Shown here piece after piece: positions 1 to 11,676 of a DNA stretch of 50,294 bases; position 1 is the stretch's first letter; every line of letters starts with the position of its first letter. The notes below the pieces were generated by a model. That model did not search any database. It was not told the DNA's origin and saw only the letters and a program-made list of their open reading frames with translations. Source of the stretch: Octopus sinensis (Eukaryota); NCBI RefSeq assembly GCF_006345805.1, contig NW_021834259.1, positions 1-50,294 of the forward strand, in the 5' to 3' direction. Made by a program: the position numbers and the translations under genes.

Positions 1-879
1 GCTTAAAAGTCGCCCAATAGGGTTGCTTTTAAGGTAGTATCGTATATATGTGTGTGTGTATGTGTGTGTGTGTACATAATTTTATGAGACGTTTTAGAAG
101 CTTTATAAAATATATATTCAAGAATCTACATATATACCCATGGGCACAATTTCCATTCAAAAAGATTGAGACATTACTAGGCCACGTAATAATAACAAGA
201 CATTTATCCAAGAAGGCTGCCAGTTGTGCTCGAACCCTGAACCTCGTGTTTGCTAATGCGAAAGGACGAACCACACAGCCAGCCATACAATTAGACAATA
301 TTATGCCGTTAAAATCCAATGAAATTGTGAAGCTACTTGCATATCGCAAGTGATTTTCACTTTTTATCATTTCTACAGATTCTTTGACAACAGGAAGTCT
401 ATCATCTCCAAATAGAAATTATACAGTTGAGTGAATTTTACGATAAATTTCTGTTCCTTCAAAATATTCAATAAAACGTTATATGTGGCACTTAAACACA
501 ATAGGTCATTACAAAAGGAATTCTGAATGTTGTTACTTGTTGATTCTTTTTTTTTTTAATAAACGTGCATTGATGTTGTAGAGTTGTTCTCCACTGCGAT
601 AATAGACTTAAATGAACCTTCAGTTTTGGGTTAAAATTTTATACTTCTAATCTCTGAAATACGGTAATAAGTTATTCCAGCTGATCTTTAGTTATAATGT
701 GTGTGATATGTGATAGCTAAAAGAAAAACCACGCAACTAAAGAATTCGTGCATGCATAAATTAGTTATGAATTTGTGCCTATGTAAATAGATTGCAATGC
801 GATTTTTGATTGGTTGGTAACGATTAGTAATTTAAACGTTGCTGTTATCTACGCCATACTTAAATCATTCTTTTTCGTT

Positions 880-1275
880 TATTTGCTCCAGTCATTGGAC
901 TGCGGCCATACTGGAGGGAGCACTGCCATGAATGTTTTAGTCAAACAAATAGACTCCAGTACTTACTTTTAAAAGTTTTGTATATATATTCTATTAGTTT
1001 CTTTTGTCGACCGCTATACTACGGGAACATAAACAAACCAATACGGTTGTCAATTGGGGGAGACAAATACACAGACAAACACACACACACACACACACAC
1101 CACGCACACCACACACAAACACATACGAATGTCTTCCACACAGTTTCCATCTAGCAAATCCACACACGAGGAATCGGGCAATTCTAGAGAAGACACTTGC
1201 TCAAGCTAACACTCAGTGAAACTGAACCTAGAACGACGTAGTTGTAAAGCGAGATTTTAAACCACAGTCCATAAC
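880..1275 (-). mobile_element. Diverged SINE family A copy
   Basis: Degenerate reverse complement of the family A element at 1766-2180 (cagtcattggactgcggccat..., agaagacacttgc..., internal (CA)n). Confidence 0.6.
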
Positions 1276-1297
1276 TGAGCATGCATACATACATACA

Positions 1298-1330
<33 letters not shown>

Positions 1331-1765
1331 GGGCTGTGTGTGTTTGTGTGTGTGTGCATACATACATATACATATATTTATTTATCTATATGTATGTATA
1401 TACCACGCTAATATCGAACAGGGAGAAGGAGTACTCAATTCCGCATTGGGGGATAGATGTTCTTTATTTGTGGCTTAACAAGGCAACCAATGGCTTCATG
1501 CGCAAGAGATATGAACAATTGTTCAAGCTCACCATATTGGAATCTTGGTATTCGTCTCCACAGATAGTTATTTTCTCTCTCACTGTCTTTCTTTCTTTCT
1601 CTGTCTCCCTCTCTTCCCCCTCTCTCTTTTTATATATATGTGTGTGTGTATATATATCTATATATACATATATACATACATATAGGCGCAGGAGTGTCTA
1701 TATATACATATATACATATATACATATAGGCGCAGGAGTGGCTATAAGCGCAGGAGTGGATTATA

Positions 1766-2180
1766 GGCGCAGGAGTGGCTGTGTGGTAAGTAGCTTGCTA
1801 ACCAACCACATGGTTCCGGGTTCAGTCCCACTGCGTGGCATCTTGGGCAAGTGTCTTCTGCTATAGCCCCGGGCCGTCCAATGCCTTGTAAGTGGATTTG
1901 GTAGACGGAAACTGAAAGAAGCCCGTCGTATATATATATATATTTATATATAAGTGTGTGTGTATATGTTTGTGTGTCTGTGTTTGTCCCCCTAGCATTG
2001 CTTGACAACCGATGCTGGTGTGTTTACGTCCCCGTTACTTAGCGGTTCGGCAAAAGAGACCGATAGAATAAGTACTGGGCTTACAAAGAATAAGTCCCGG
2101 GGTCGATTTGCTCGACTAAAGGCTGTGCTCCAGCATGGCCGCAGTCAAATGACTGAAACAAGTAAAAGAGTAAAAGAGTA
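1766..2180 (+). mobile_element. SINE family A (tRNA-like head, CORE-like segment, internal TA/TG microsatellite, AGTAAAAG tail), full length
   Basis: ggcgcaggagtggctgtgtggtaag...ccgggttcagtccc head (A/B-box-like), tggcatcttgggcaagtgtcttc CORE-like block, tail aagtaaaagagtaaaagagta; near-identical copies at 7651, 8557, 9823, 39652, 47983. Confidence 0.9.
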
Positions 2181-2843
2181 TACATGCATATAGATAACAT
2201 GAGAAGGAAAGAGAGAGAGAGAGAGGGGGGAGAGAAAGTGAGAGAGTAGAAAGAGAAGAGGGTGAAGAGAAAAAGAAGCAGTAGATAAAATATCTGGTGC
2301 TACTTTTCTGGTTACTTATGTTTTGAGTTCAAATACTGTCAAGGTTTTCTTTGCCCTTCATCCTTTTCAATTGAATAATAGTGACTACTTGGCCTTGCTA
2401 TTTGCTTTTGAGCCAAATTAACTAACTAACTAACTAACTAACATGTACGGGATCCATTTACTCGATTAACAATTTCCTTCAAATTCCAAGCCTTGGGCCT
2501 ATATTAAATATTATAAAGAACGGCAAGCTGGCAGAATAATTAAAGCGTTGTAAACACTTTTTGGTAATTGTTCCGGCTTTTTGCGTTTTGGGTTGAAGTC
2601 TTACCGCAGTTAAATTTGCACGTTATCATTTCGGCTTCGTTAAAAGAAAGTACCAGTCAAATACTTGGGTCGATAGCATCGACTAGCTTCCCCCCCCCCC
2701 TTAAAATTGTTGACCTTCTTTGTCAATAAGAAAAACAAAGGTATTGAGCTTGTAGAATCCTTTGCAGAATTTGTTTTGGCTCAAGGTTCTACGTAAAATC
2801 CTGCTGAGGTGAATAAAATAAAAGTCCTAGTAAGCAAAAAGGC

Positions 2844-3155
2844 GGAGGCGCAATGGCCCAGTGGTTAGGGGCAGTGGACTCGCGGTTTCGATTCCCAAAC
2901 CGGGCGTTGTGGGTGTTTATTGAGCGAAGACACCTAAAAGCGCCACGAGGCTCCGGTAGGGGGTGGTGGCGAGCCCTGTTGTACTCTTTCGCCACAACTT
3001 TCTCTCACTCTCTCTTCCTGTTTCTTGAATAACGCTGCGATGGACTGGCGTCCCGTCCAGCTGGGGGGAACACATATGCCACAGAAACCGGGAAACCGGG
3101 CCCATGAGACTGGCTAGGCTTGAAAAGGCTGACGTTTATCGTTTATCGTTTATCG
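2844..3155 (+). mobile_element. SINE family C head with tail type 1
   Basis: tRNA-like head ggaggcgcaatggcccagtggttagg...ggtttcgattccc shared with 27195 and 29602(-); 3' part gcgatggactggcgtcccgtccag...gaaaccgggaaaccgggccc, then (GTTTATC)3. Confidence 0.8.
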
Positions 3156-3159
3156 AAAA

Positions 3160-3530
3160 TAAGAGTAGAGAGGGAATTTCTGCCCCCCTCCCATCTCCAG
3201 TAAACTTGTTGAAAGGTGGGTATATGTGGCGAGGATGGCACGCGTGAATGGGCCTACTCTGAACGTTCATTTGTAAACCGGAGTAGTTGAGAAGGAGAGA
3301 AGCTCCTGCTGAGGTGCATCTAGTGGTCGGGACAACCAGAATGTATGGGGTTCCTCGGTTGGCCCTGTGAAGAATTTTCCCTTTTTGGGGAATTATTATT
3401 ATTATTTAATTGCTTTGCTAATTATTTTTGTTACTTATTGTATACAAGGCATTGTTCAACACTCCACTTGTCCCTTGCATTGTATCGTCCCTATTTGTTT
3501 TGAGTTCGGCCCTTGTAGTCAATAAAGAAA
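3160..3530 (+). mobile_element. 3' end of a probable Tx1/L1-clade LINE (last ORF2 codons plus 3' UTR)
   Basis: Reads ...ERWVYVARMARVNGPTLNVHL* (stop 3274-3276), then a T-rich UTR, AATAAA at 3521-3526 and an (ATT/ATC)n tail. Clade assignment is from recalled similarity, not a search. Confidence 0.5.
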
Positions 3531-3551
3531 GGATTATTATTATTATCATCC

Positions 3552-3591
<40 letters not shown>

Positions 3592-3616
3592 TATCATTAT
3601 TATTATTATTATTCAG

Positions 3617-4271
3617 TAGTTTTATTTTTATAGCGTGCTTTCACTTCACTACCGAGCGCAGCTCTGGGTGCCTTGGGTATGTGTTGTGATTTGTTGTGAT
3701 GCACTGATGGTTATTGTATGGAAAGTGTTCTGCGTAGGATGTGTGCAGTGCCTAGTAGTGCAATTTTCTGTATGTTATATGTGTTTGTAAGTCCTGGTGT
3801 TTTTGTTATGTATTTGTCTGAATATTTTTTTATCATGCCTAATGCACCTACATGATAGGTTGTTTTCTGTTTTCAGATTCCACATTCTAGTTACCTCTAT
3901 TTCCAGGTCTTTGTATTTTGAGAGTTTCTCATTTCTTTTAGAGACACGTTGTCATCTGCCGGTATTGATACATCAATTAGAAAGCATTTTTTTTCTTCAT
4001 GATCTCTGACAACTATATCTGGTCTGTTGGCCTTAATTTCTCTATCTGTGTGTATTGGCATATCCCAGAGTATGATTGCTTTCTCGTTTTCTCTGACCTT
4101 TTCTGGTGTGTGCCTATACCATCTTTTTTCTGTTGTTATTCCATAATGTTGGCATAGCTTCCAATGTATGTAGGTTCCAACTCTGTCATGTCTGTGAATA
4201 TATTCCTTCTTAACCAGGACTGGGCAGCTAGAGATAATATGATTTATTGTTTCTTGTCCATCTCCACATAT

Positions 4272-4272
<1 letters not shown>
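3617..4272 (-). mobile_element. 5'-truncated RLE-type (R4/Dong-like) non-LTR retrotransposon: zinc knuckle plus restriction-like endonuclease
   Basis: Minus strand, with a frameshift: ICGDGQETINHIISSCPVL..EYIHRHDRVGTYIHWKLC...ILWDMPIHTDREIKANRPDIVVRD...CFLIDVSIPADDN..., GALG, LLGTAHILRRTL; flanked on both sides by (ATT)n/(ATC)n. Confidence 0.9.
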
Positions 4273-4324
<52 letters not shown>

Positions 4325-4763
4325 GAGTGAGAGAGCAGTACATGCCATCAAAGTGACACTGGGGTAAAATATACGAAGCCCAATATACCCATCATGACTA
4401 CCCGTCTGATAAAGGTACACCAGGCACATGCATCACAACCATATGTGCGTGACATGGTGATCTCATATCAAGATAAACAGCACATGACCTTGCAGGTGGG
4501 GCCCAGTTAGAATTTTCTTCAGGTTGAGTAGCCCATCCCGCTCAAAAGGTCCCTGAATAAGGGTTGTTTAAGGATGTTGAAAGAACCACCCATGTTTCCA
4601 GAGGTGAATTATTCAAACCCCAAAGAATCCCTCTCAACACATGGCTATGATGCTCCCCCACTACTTCTGCTCGTGATCAGAGATGCACATATCGTCAGCC
4701 ACCAAGGGACATGCTCAACTGGTTAAGGTCAAACAACTGACAAGCAAATCTGTGGTATTGAGC
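4325..4763. repeat. Unclassified ~440-bp interspersed element bounded by (ATT)n on both sides
   Basis: Complex sequence with sharp boundaries against ATT microsatellites, next to the RLE fragment; no recognisable ORF. Confidence 0.45.
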
Positions 4764-4775
4764 ATTATTATTATA

Positions 4776-4846
<71 letters not shown>

Positions 4847-5038
4847 CATTATTATTATTATTATTATTATTATTAACCCTTGTATACTATGCATATGTCC
4901 CTTCTTTTTCAGTGTATACCGTATATTTATACCTTCTTTCTTTTTTATTTATTTATTATTTATTATTTCATTAACACTTTATGTTTGTTTTTGTATTGTC
5001 CCCATCATCCTTTACACCTGTGGCCAATAAAAGAAGTA

Positions 5039-5115
<77 letters not shown>

Positions 5116-5182
5116 GAGTTCAAATTGCGCCGAGGTTGACTTTGCCTATAGTAAAAAGGATTATTATTGACATTATTGTTAA

Positions 5183-5395
5183 GACGATGAGCTGGCAGAA
5201 CCTTTAGCACGTTGGACAAAAATTTATAAGCGGCATTAACATTCTGAGTTCAAGTTCTGCCGCCGTTGACTTTGCCTTTTATCCTTCCGAGGTCGATAAA
5301 ATAAATACCAGTCGAGTATTGGGGTCGATGTAATCGCCTTTTATCTCCCAACAAAAATTGCTGCCCTTTGGGCAAAATTTGAAACCATTATTATT
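5183..5395 (+). mobile_element. SINE family B (extended tRNA-like head, ATT tail)
   Basis: gagctggcagaa (A-box-like)...ctgagttcaagttctgcc (B-box-like)...gactttgcc...ggggtcgatgtaatcg...aaaatttgaaaccattatt; more than 20 related copies in the window. Confidence 0.85.
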
Positions 5396-5399
5396 TCTT

Positions 5400-6250
5400 T
5401 TCCTATTCCTGGGTCTGAATGCTTTTTGAAAATCTTTCCAGTTGGCAGGAAGGCTGCAAAGAGACTAAAATTTTGAGCAGTCATCAGATCTTGCACAAAA
5501 CGAGATGATTTCCATAAATTCAACACCACTGTCAGTTCTTTTCTAAAAGATATTCTCAGTATCCAGCCATTGACCTATCATAGGTTGTTGACAGTCTGTA
5601 ATTATGATTATAAAAATATAAAACACAGCTGCGTCTGAAATATAAGCACAGGTCAGAGTTTTCGAATGTTTCATTGCGTGAAGAAAGATAGAATATTTGG
5701 TTACATGACTCATTTCTTGAATAGATTGCATGAAACGTTAAGACGTTATTTTGTATTAAGTCGTCAAAAGTCTTGTTGCATAACATGTATATCATCGCTT
5801 GTCTTGAACTCTAACATCAGTCTGGGGCCTTCTGCATAGCTACTGAGTGTGACAGATTTGGTGTCGTCTGCATTGTCGGTGAGTATGGCAGATTTCGTGA
5901 CGTCTGCATTACTGGTGAACGTGGAAAACTTCGCGTCGTCTGCATAGTTGGTGTGTGTAGATTTGGTGTGGTGTGCTTAAGCTGGTGAGTGTATCAGGAT
6001 ATTTTTGTTGACATTTGATAACGTTATGATATACAAAAACAGATCCAGAACTATGTATTTTGGCATCTACTTATTTTCACAGATTTTCCAGGTAGTGCGG
6101 TTCAATTTAACTTTGGCCTTTCAGGAACAGCAGATCCTGATACCGAAACTTGCTTTTTATGCCAACGTTTTTCAGTTTGTAACTTAAAATTCAGTGGTCG
6201 TGTTGTAAGAACATTTCATGAGATCCAATTCTACACAGTCAGCTTATAAT
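5400..6250 (-). mobile_element. Decayed CR1/L2-like LINE reverse transcriptase fragment
   Basis: Minus strand, with stops and frameshifts: DH*ILSYKLKNVGIKSK...FLKG..., MPKYIVLDLFLYIITLSNV, YADD-like motifs, MQQDF, GWILRISFRKELTVVLNLWKS; collinear with CR1/L2 RT motifs. Confidence 0.7.
5832..5995 (-). repeat. 36-bp tandem repeat (~4.5 diverged units) covering the YADD region of the LINE RT
   Basis: Unit starts ctgcat at 5832, 5868, 5904, 5940 and a degenerate one at 5973; minus frame reads *AHHTK / YADDAK / NADVTK / NADDTK / YAEGPR. Confidence 0.8.
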
Positions 6251-6794
6251 CTACACAGCAAATTCTTCAGAATTTCGCTGGATTATTGTAAAGGCCGACA
6301 GAAATTTTCTTCTGTTGAGTGTTGCTAAAAAATAATATGTCGAAATCGTTTAAGCTCCGCGCAATTTTTGCTCAGAACTTTTGAAATGTAGAGTATAAGT
6401 GACAGATGACTATAACTATCTGTCAGTCTCCTATCTTTAAAAATCGGTATTTTTCAACATTTCTTGTTGTTGGACAGTATTACTCTGAAAGAATATTGTG
6501 GATATATTTGCAGCCGCACGGCTTTTTTTCTTTTTTTTGTACAAGTATGTTTTATTTTGTTGTGTTTGCTTTTGTCATTGTCCTGCGCATTCGTTAGCTA
6601 TTCCCAGTGGCTTTTTGCTCCTGGCACCACCAAAAGTGAACAATATCAACGTTAAAGACGCGAAATTGTAATGATATTTTGGACATTGAATGATGTGGAA
6701 GGAATAAGCAACGAATATTCTGTTCGTTACGTTTTTATAAAATTTTCCGTTTCTTGTGTTTTTGTTAAATTTTTGAAATATATATATATATATA

Positions 6795-6945
6795 TAGGTG
6801 CAAGTGGGGCTTCCCAACCACATGGTTCCGGATTCAGTCCCACTGCGTGGCACTTTGGGCAGGTGCGTTCTACAAAAGCCTCGGGCCGACCAAAGTCGTG
6901 TGAGTGGATGTGGTAGACAGAAACCGAAAGAAACTTGTCGTATAC
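6795..6945 (+). mobile_element. SINE family A, 5' half
   Basis: ccaaccacatggttccggattcagtcccactgcgtggcactttgggcagg...; ends in a (CA)n tract. Confidence 0.75.
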
Positions 6946-6979
6946 ACGCGCGCGTACACACACACACACACACCACACA

Positions 6980-7055
<76 letters not shown>

Positions 7056-7650
7056 AACGCCTACATATATCCGAAACGTTAAACACTCTCTTTCCATTAA
7101 AGCGTTAAATTAATACTTCGTTCTGTTTGTTGTCCTTTTTATAGTTCATTGGTAATTTTTTTGATGTTAGGTATGATTTTCCTTTGTATCCTTTATTAGC
7201 CAAATACTACTCAATCGCACAATAAATATTTCTTTCATTATTTTACGCTGTCTTAACCTCTGTCTTTTAAATAAGCTCAAAGTTAGTCCATCCTCTACGT
7301 GGTCGTTTAGTATGCTAGAAATAGCAGAGCTCACGTGAGCACATTCTAAGGTCTATAGCGAATCAAACAGTCATAACAACAAATTCGCCTTTGATAACTT
7401 TTTTTCAAATTATGCCCGTAAATCGGGAAAATATTTTCAAATATTTCAAATTATGCCCGTAAATTGGGAAAATATAATTTTATAAAAAATATCAATTCAG
7501 CAAATTCCAGAAGGAAAAGAATGGAATAATTTCCAAAGGGATCTTTTTCAGCATAATTGTAATCAACATCGTCGAAACGTATGGGGAAACTAATTCAAGT
7601 TTCGATCCCCCAACCTTCCCAATTTTTTTCACATTAAATTCCGATATATA

Positions 7651-8038
7651 GGCGCAGGAGTGGCTGTGTGGTAAGTAGCTTGCTTACCAACCACATGGTT
7701 CCGGGTTCAGTCCCACTGCGTGGCATCTTGGGCAAATGTCTTCAACTATAGCCTCGGGCCAACCAAAGCCTTGTGAGTGGATTTGGTAGACGGAAACTGA
7801 AAGAAGCCCGTCGTATATATGTATGTATATATATATGTTTGTGTGTCTGTGTTTGTCCTCCTAGCATTGCTTGACAACCGATGCTGGTGTGTTTACGTCC
7901 CCGTCACTTAGCGGTTCGGCAAAAGAGACCGATAGAATAAGTACTGGGCTTACAAAGAATAAGTCCCGGGGTCGATTTGCTCGACTAAAGGCGGTGCTCC
8001 AGCATGGCCGCAGTCAAATGACTAAAACAAGTAAAAGA
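7651..8038 (+). mobile_element. SINE family A, full length
   Basis: Near-identical to 1766-2180. Confidence 0.9.
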
Positions 8039-8040
8039 TA

Positions 8041-8262
8041 TTTCTTTATTGCCCACAAGGGGCTAAACATAGAGGGGACAAACAAGGACAGACAAAGGGA
8101 TAAAGTCGATTACATCTACCCCAGTGAGTAACTGGTACTTAATTTATCGACCCGAAAGGATGAAAGGCAAAGTCGACCTCGGCGGAATTTGAACTCACAA
8201 CGTAGCGGCAGACGAAATACGGCTACGCATTTCGCCCGGCGTGCTAAAGCTTCTGCCAGCTC
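8041..8262 (-). mobile_element. SINE family B variant inserted in the tail of the family A copy
   Basis: Minus strand gagctggcagaagctttagcacgccgggcgaaatg...gagttcaaattccgccgaggtcgactttgcc...; agtaaaaga on both sides (8030-8038, 8263-8271). Confidence 0.85.
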
Positions 8263-8556
8263 AGTAAAAGAGTATATATTTAAAATATCCATTTTCAGAA
8301 AATAATGAGAAAACAAAGTCATGAGAGTTTCTCATTTTTGCACTGTTGATAAAGCTGGAGCCTCATCACTTAATGTTTCGACCATGGCAGCATGAATATA
8401 CTTCGGGGTTAAACTGTTTTTCTGCAGCTACTTGTTAGCACCACGATGCCAGATTTTGTTCATTTTCAAGCGAAGTTGCTACTACTATAAACTATTAATT
8501 TTTCAGAAAGGTATGAGTCGGAAGAGCACATTCTGTAGTTATGCCCAATCTCTGTC

Positions 8557-8949
8557 TCTCTTTTTACTTGTTTCAGTCATTTTGACTGCGGCCATGCTGG
8601 AGCACCGCCTTTAATCGAGCAACTCGACCCCGGGACTTATTCTTTGTAAGCCCAGTACTTATTCTATCGGTCTCTTTTGCCGAACCGCTAAGTGACGGTG
8701 ACATAAACACACCAGCATCGGTTGTCAAGCAATGCTAGGGGGGCAAACACAGACACACAAACATACACGCACATACATATATATACATATATACGACGGC
8801 TTCTTTCAGTTTCCGTCTACCAAATCCACTCACAAGGCTTTGGTCGGCCCGAGGCTATAATAAAAGACACTTTCCCAAGGTGCCACGCAGTGGGACTGAA
8901 CCCGGAACCATGTGGTTGGTAAACAAGCGACTTACCAGCCACTCCTGCG
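8557..8949 (-). mobile_element. SINE family A, full length
   Basis: Reverse complement of the family A consensus. Confidence 0.9.
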
Positions 8950-9447
8950 ATGTAAGTAAATTAAAACCACTTTTCTTATTCAACTTTCTAATTTTTCAAT
9001 AACGCCCGACTAATATGAAAGGATATTAGAATCAACATAATTTGGCTGACATAAGTTTAAACTTATAAGTTTTGAGAAATGTTTTTATTGAGATGTTTGA
9101 TAACATTGCATTACAATTATTTGGGCAGCATTTATATTTATAGAAGTATGAACAAGATGTTAAAAACATTATCTCATGATGTAAGACTATTACGTTGCAG
9201 TCAATAAAAATTAGTTTTGTGACTGAATTGTGGAAATTTTCAGTAAATAAAAAGCTTGAAATCCACATTTTGATACACACATGTTAAAATTGGAATTTAT
9301 AGATAGATAGATAGATAGATAGATACGTTTTCTTGTTAGAAGAAATGGTGACCGAAGTTTGGCATAAACCGATATATATATATATATACGCACACACACG
9401 CACACACACACACGCGCGCACGCACGCACGCACGCGCACGCACACAC

Positions 9448-9539
<92 letters not shown>

Positions 9540-9559
9540 CATACATATACGTATGCATG

Positions 9560-9982
9560 GAAAAGAATCTGAAAATGCAGGGGTCTTTTGAAAGCATTTA
9601 TTAACTTAATCGGTTTCACTTATTTAAAAAGATTTTCGAAAGTAAAGAGTGCGTTTTTTTTTTTGTATTCTCTGTGGTGTCAAAAATTAGTTTACAAAAA
9701 TGTATTCAAATCAAGTAATAGAGTCTTTGACAATGGTAAGAAAAGGTTTGAGGCTTTGCGTATTCTCTGTGATAAATAAAAAAATTGTTTACATAAAAAT
9801 TCAGTTCAGATAATAAATTTGTAGGAGTGGCTGTGTTGTAAGTAGCTTGCTAACCAACTACATGGTTCCGGGTTCAGTCCCACTGCGTGGCATCTTGGGC
9901 AAGTGTCTTCTGCTATAGCCCCGGGCCGACCAATGCCTTGTGAGTGGATTTGGTAGACGGAAACTGAAAGAAGCCTGTCGTA

Positions 9983-10053
<71 letters not shown>

Positions 10054-10532
10054 GTGTTTGTGTGTCTGTGTTTGTCCTCCTAGCATTGCTTGACAACCGA
10101 TGCTGGTGTGTTTACGTCCCCATCACTTAGCGGTTCGGCAAAAAAGACCGATAGAATAAGTACTGGGCTTACAAAGAATAAGTCCCGGGGTCGATTTGCT
10201 CGACTAAAGGCGGTGCTCCAGCATGGCCGCAGTCAAATGACTGAAACAAGTAAAAGAGTAAAAAAGAGTAAAAAAGAGTAAAAGAGTAAAAGAGTAATGA
10301 TAAGAAGATGAAACTTAGTTTACATGAATATATCTCGATCAAGTAATAGAGTCTTTGACAAGAAGATAAAATATGCAACAGACCATTTAAACCTCTCGGA
10401 TCTGACTTTTAAGTGTCTTGCATCTGGCTGGGGTTTGGCAGTTATAAAAAAAGTTGCAACTCTGTTTAAATGAGGGAAACCGGTTAAATTAATAAATGCT
10501 TTTAAAAGACGCCAGCATTTTCAGATTCTTTC
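9560..10532. mobile_element. TIR element (MITE-like) with ~75-bp inverted ends, interrupted by a SINE
   Basis: aaaagaatctgaaaatgcaggggtcttttgaaagcatttattaacttaatcggtttc (9561) matches the reverse complement of 10460-10531; internal direct repeat tcaagtaatagagtctttgacaa near 9711 and 10339. Confidence 0.6.
9823..10296 (+). mobile_element. SINE family A, near full length
   Basis: Family A consensus with long (TA)n/(TG)n core and an iterated AGTAAAA(A)G tail. Confidence 0.9.
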
Positions 10533-10802
10533 TCTTATATTTTTACTCGTATGGTAATCCCCAACTTTACTTTATGTATACAGGGTAGCCCAAAAGTAGG
10601 TTTACAGTTAACACGTAGGCACTTGAAATTTCTTTTAAAACATTTTATTACATTTAAATTTCTATCTTACAAACTGTATATGTATATGTATGTATGCATG
10701 TAAGTATGTATGTATATATGAATGTATGTATGTATGTATGCATGTAAGTATGTGTATGTATATGTATGTATGTGTGTGTATGTATATGTATGTATACAGA
10801 CA

Positions 10803-11370
10803 CACGAGGGTTGGTTGAAACGTTCATAGGCTGACGAAGATACTCTCATCGAATGTGACCAAATGCGCTTCCTTATACATATTCTCCGTTGCTGTTCACA
10901 CACTTCTTCTATTGGTGTTGCACTGCTTGGATCCCATTGGTATAAAAGCTTTCATCCTGTTGGCAAAAAATGTCATCAACAGCAGATATGACATCATCAC
11001 TGTGATACTGGTTTCCAGTCAATTTTTTTTTTAATGTTAGGGAACAGATGAGTCAAAACAAGGGTTATGAACCAGTTCAACGCCACAGTCACGCACAACA
11101 CCCATCAACACTAAACACGTGTGTGTTGAAGCTGTCCTGTTGAAACAAGACACATTTCCTGGGCGTTTAGTCTTGGTAGCCTTTCGTAACTGCCTCTGCA
11201 AGTGACATTTTTGACCTTCTGTCTATAATCTCTCAGATTTGTGTTCACTCCGTGAAAGATATGTGTAGTTTGAAGCATAAGTAACAGTCAAAAGTTGTTC
11301 TGCACCTCAAAATGGTTAGGTCTGCACACGTCGTCACTCTTCTATTGCCACAGCACTTTCATAACAAATG
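10803..11370 (-). mobile_element. Decayed mariner transposon, 3' part
   Basis: Mariner-type end cacgagggttggttgaaacgtt at 10803; minus strand gives RQLRKATKTKRPG, VLFQQD, VRDCGVELVH, HLFPNIKKKLTGNQYHS, DESFYTNGIQAVQHQ*KKCVNSNGEYV. Upper boundary uncertain. Confidence 0.75.
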
Positions 11371-11676
11371 AAGTCACCATAAAGAGACATCTCTTTGTCA
11401 TTGAATTATTGGAATAAACGCTGTAGAGCACGAGTACCACCCTCTGAATGTCCGTGATTAGTATCTAGCGACCAGCAATCACAAAAAACCGCAGGTTTTG
11501 CATCAAACTGTCTCTGTCCAAGAAGGTTGCTGTGATAACAGCGAGGAGGCCCTTACTCCCAGTGGTTTTATTGTGTGTCCTGGCACCAATCAAGGATATT
11601 TCTGCATCTCCACGTTCAGATGGAATGTCATCATATATGCTAGCTAAGCCATAGCTGGGACCCCAACAGGTGTTAT

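Noticed and set aside
48-353. 101-aa ORF at the window start
   Set aside because: Starts in (TG)n, has no recognisable domain and no splice support.
1766-1835. tRNA genes at SINE heads
   Set aside because: A/B-box-like motifs are present but there is no complete cloverleaf, and each continues into a SINE body.
2002-2193. Recurrent MTTDAGVFTSP... and MSSNARG... ORFs (also 7871, 10090, 8722, 9806, 48162)
   Set aside because: Chance frames within SINE family A copies.
4640-4710. Possible hammerhead in the 440-bp element (minus strand CUGACGA...GAAG)
   Set aside because: No GAAA and no UH cleavage triplet in register with the possible stem I.
5832-5995. CRISPR-like 36-bp repeat
   Set aside because: Units are contiguous with no spacers, diverged, embedded in a LINE, and the context is eukaryotic with no cas genes.
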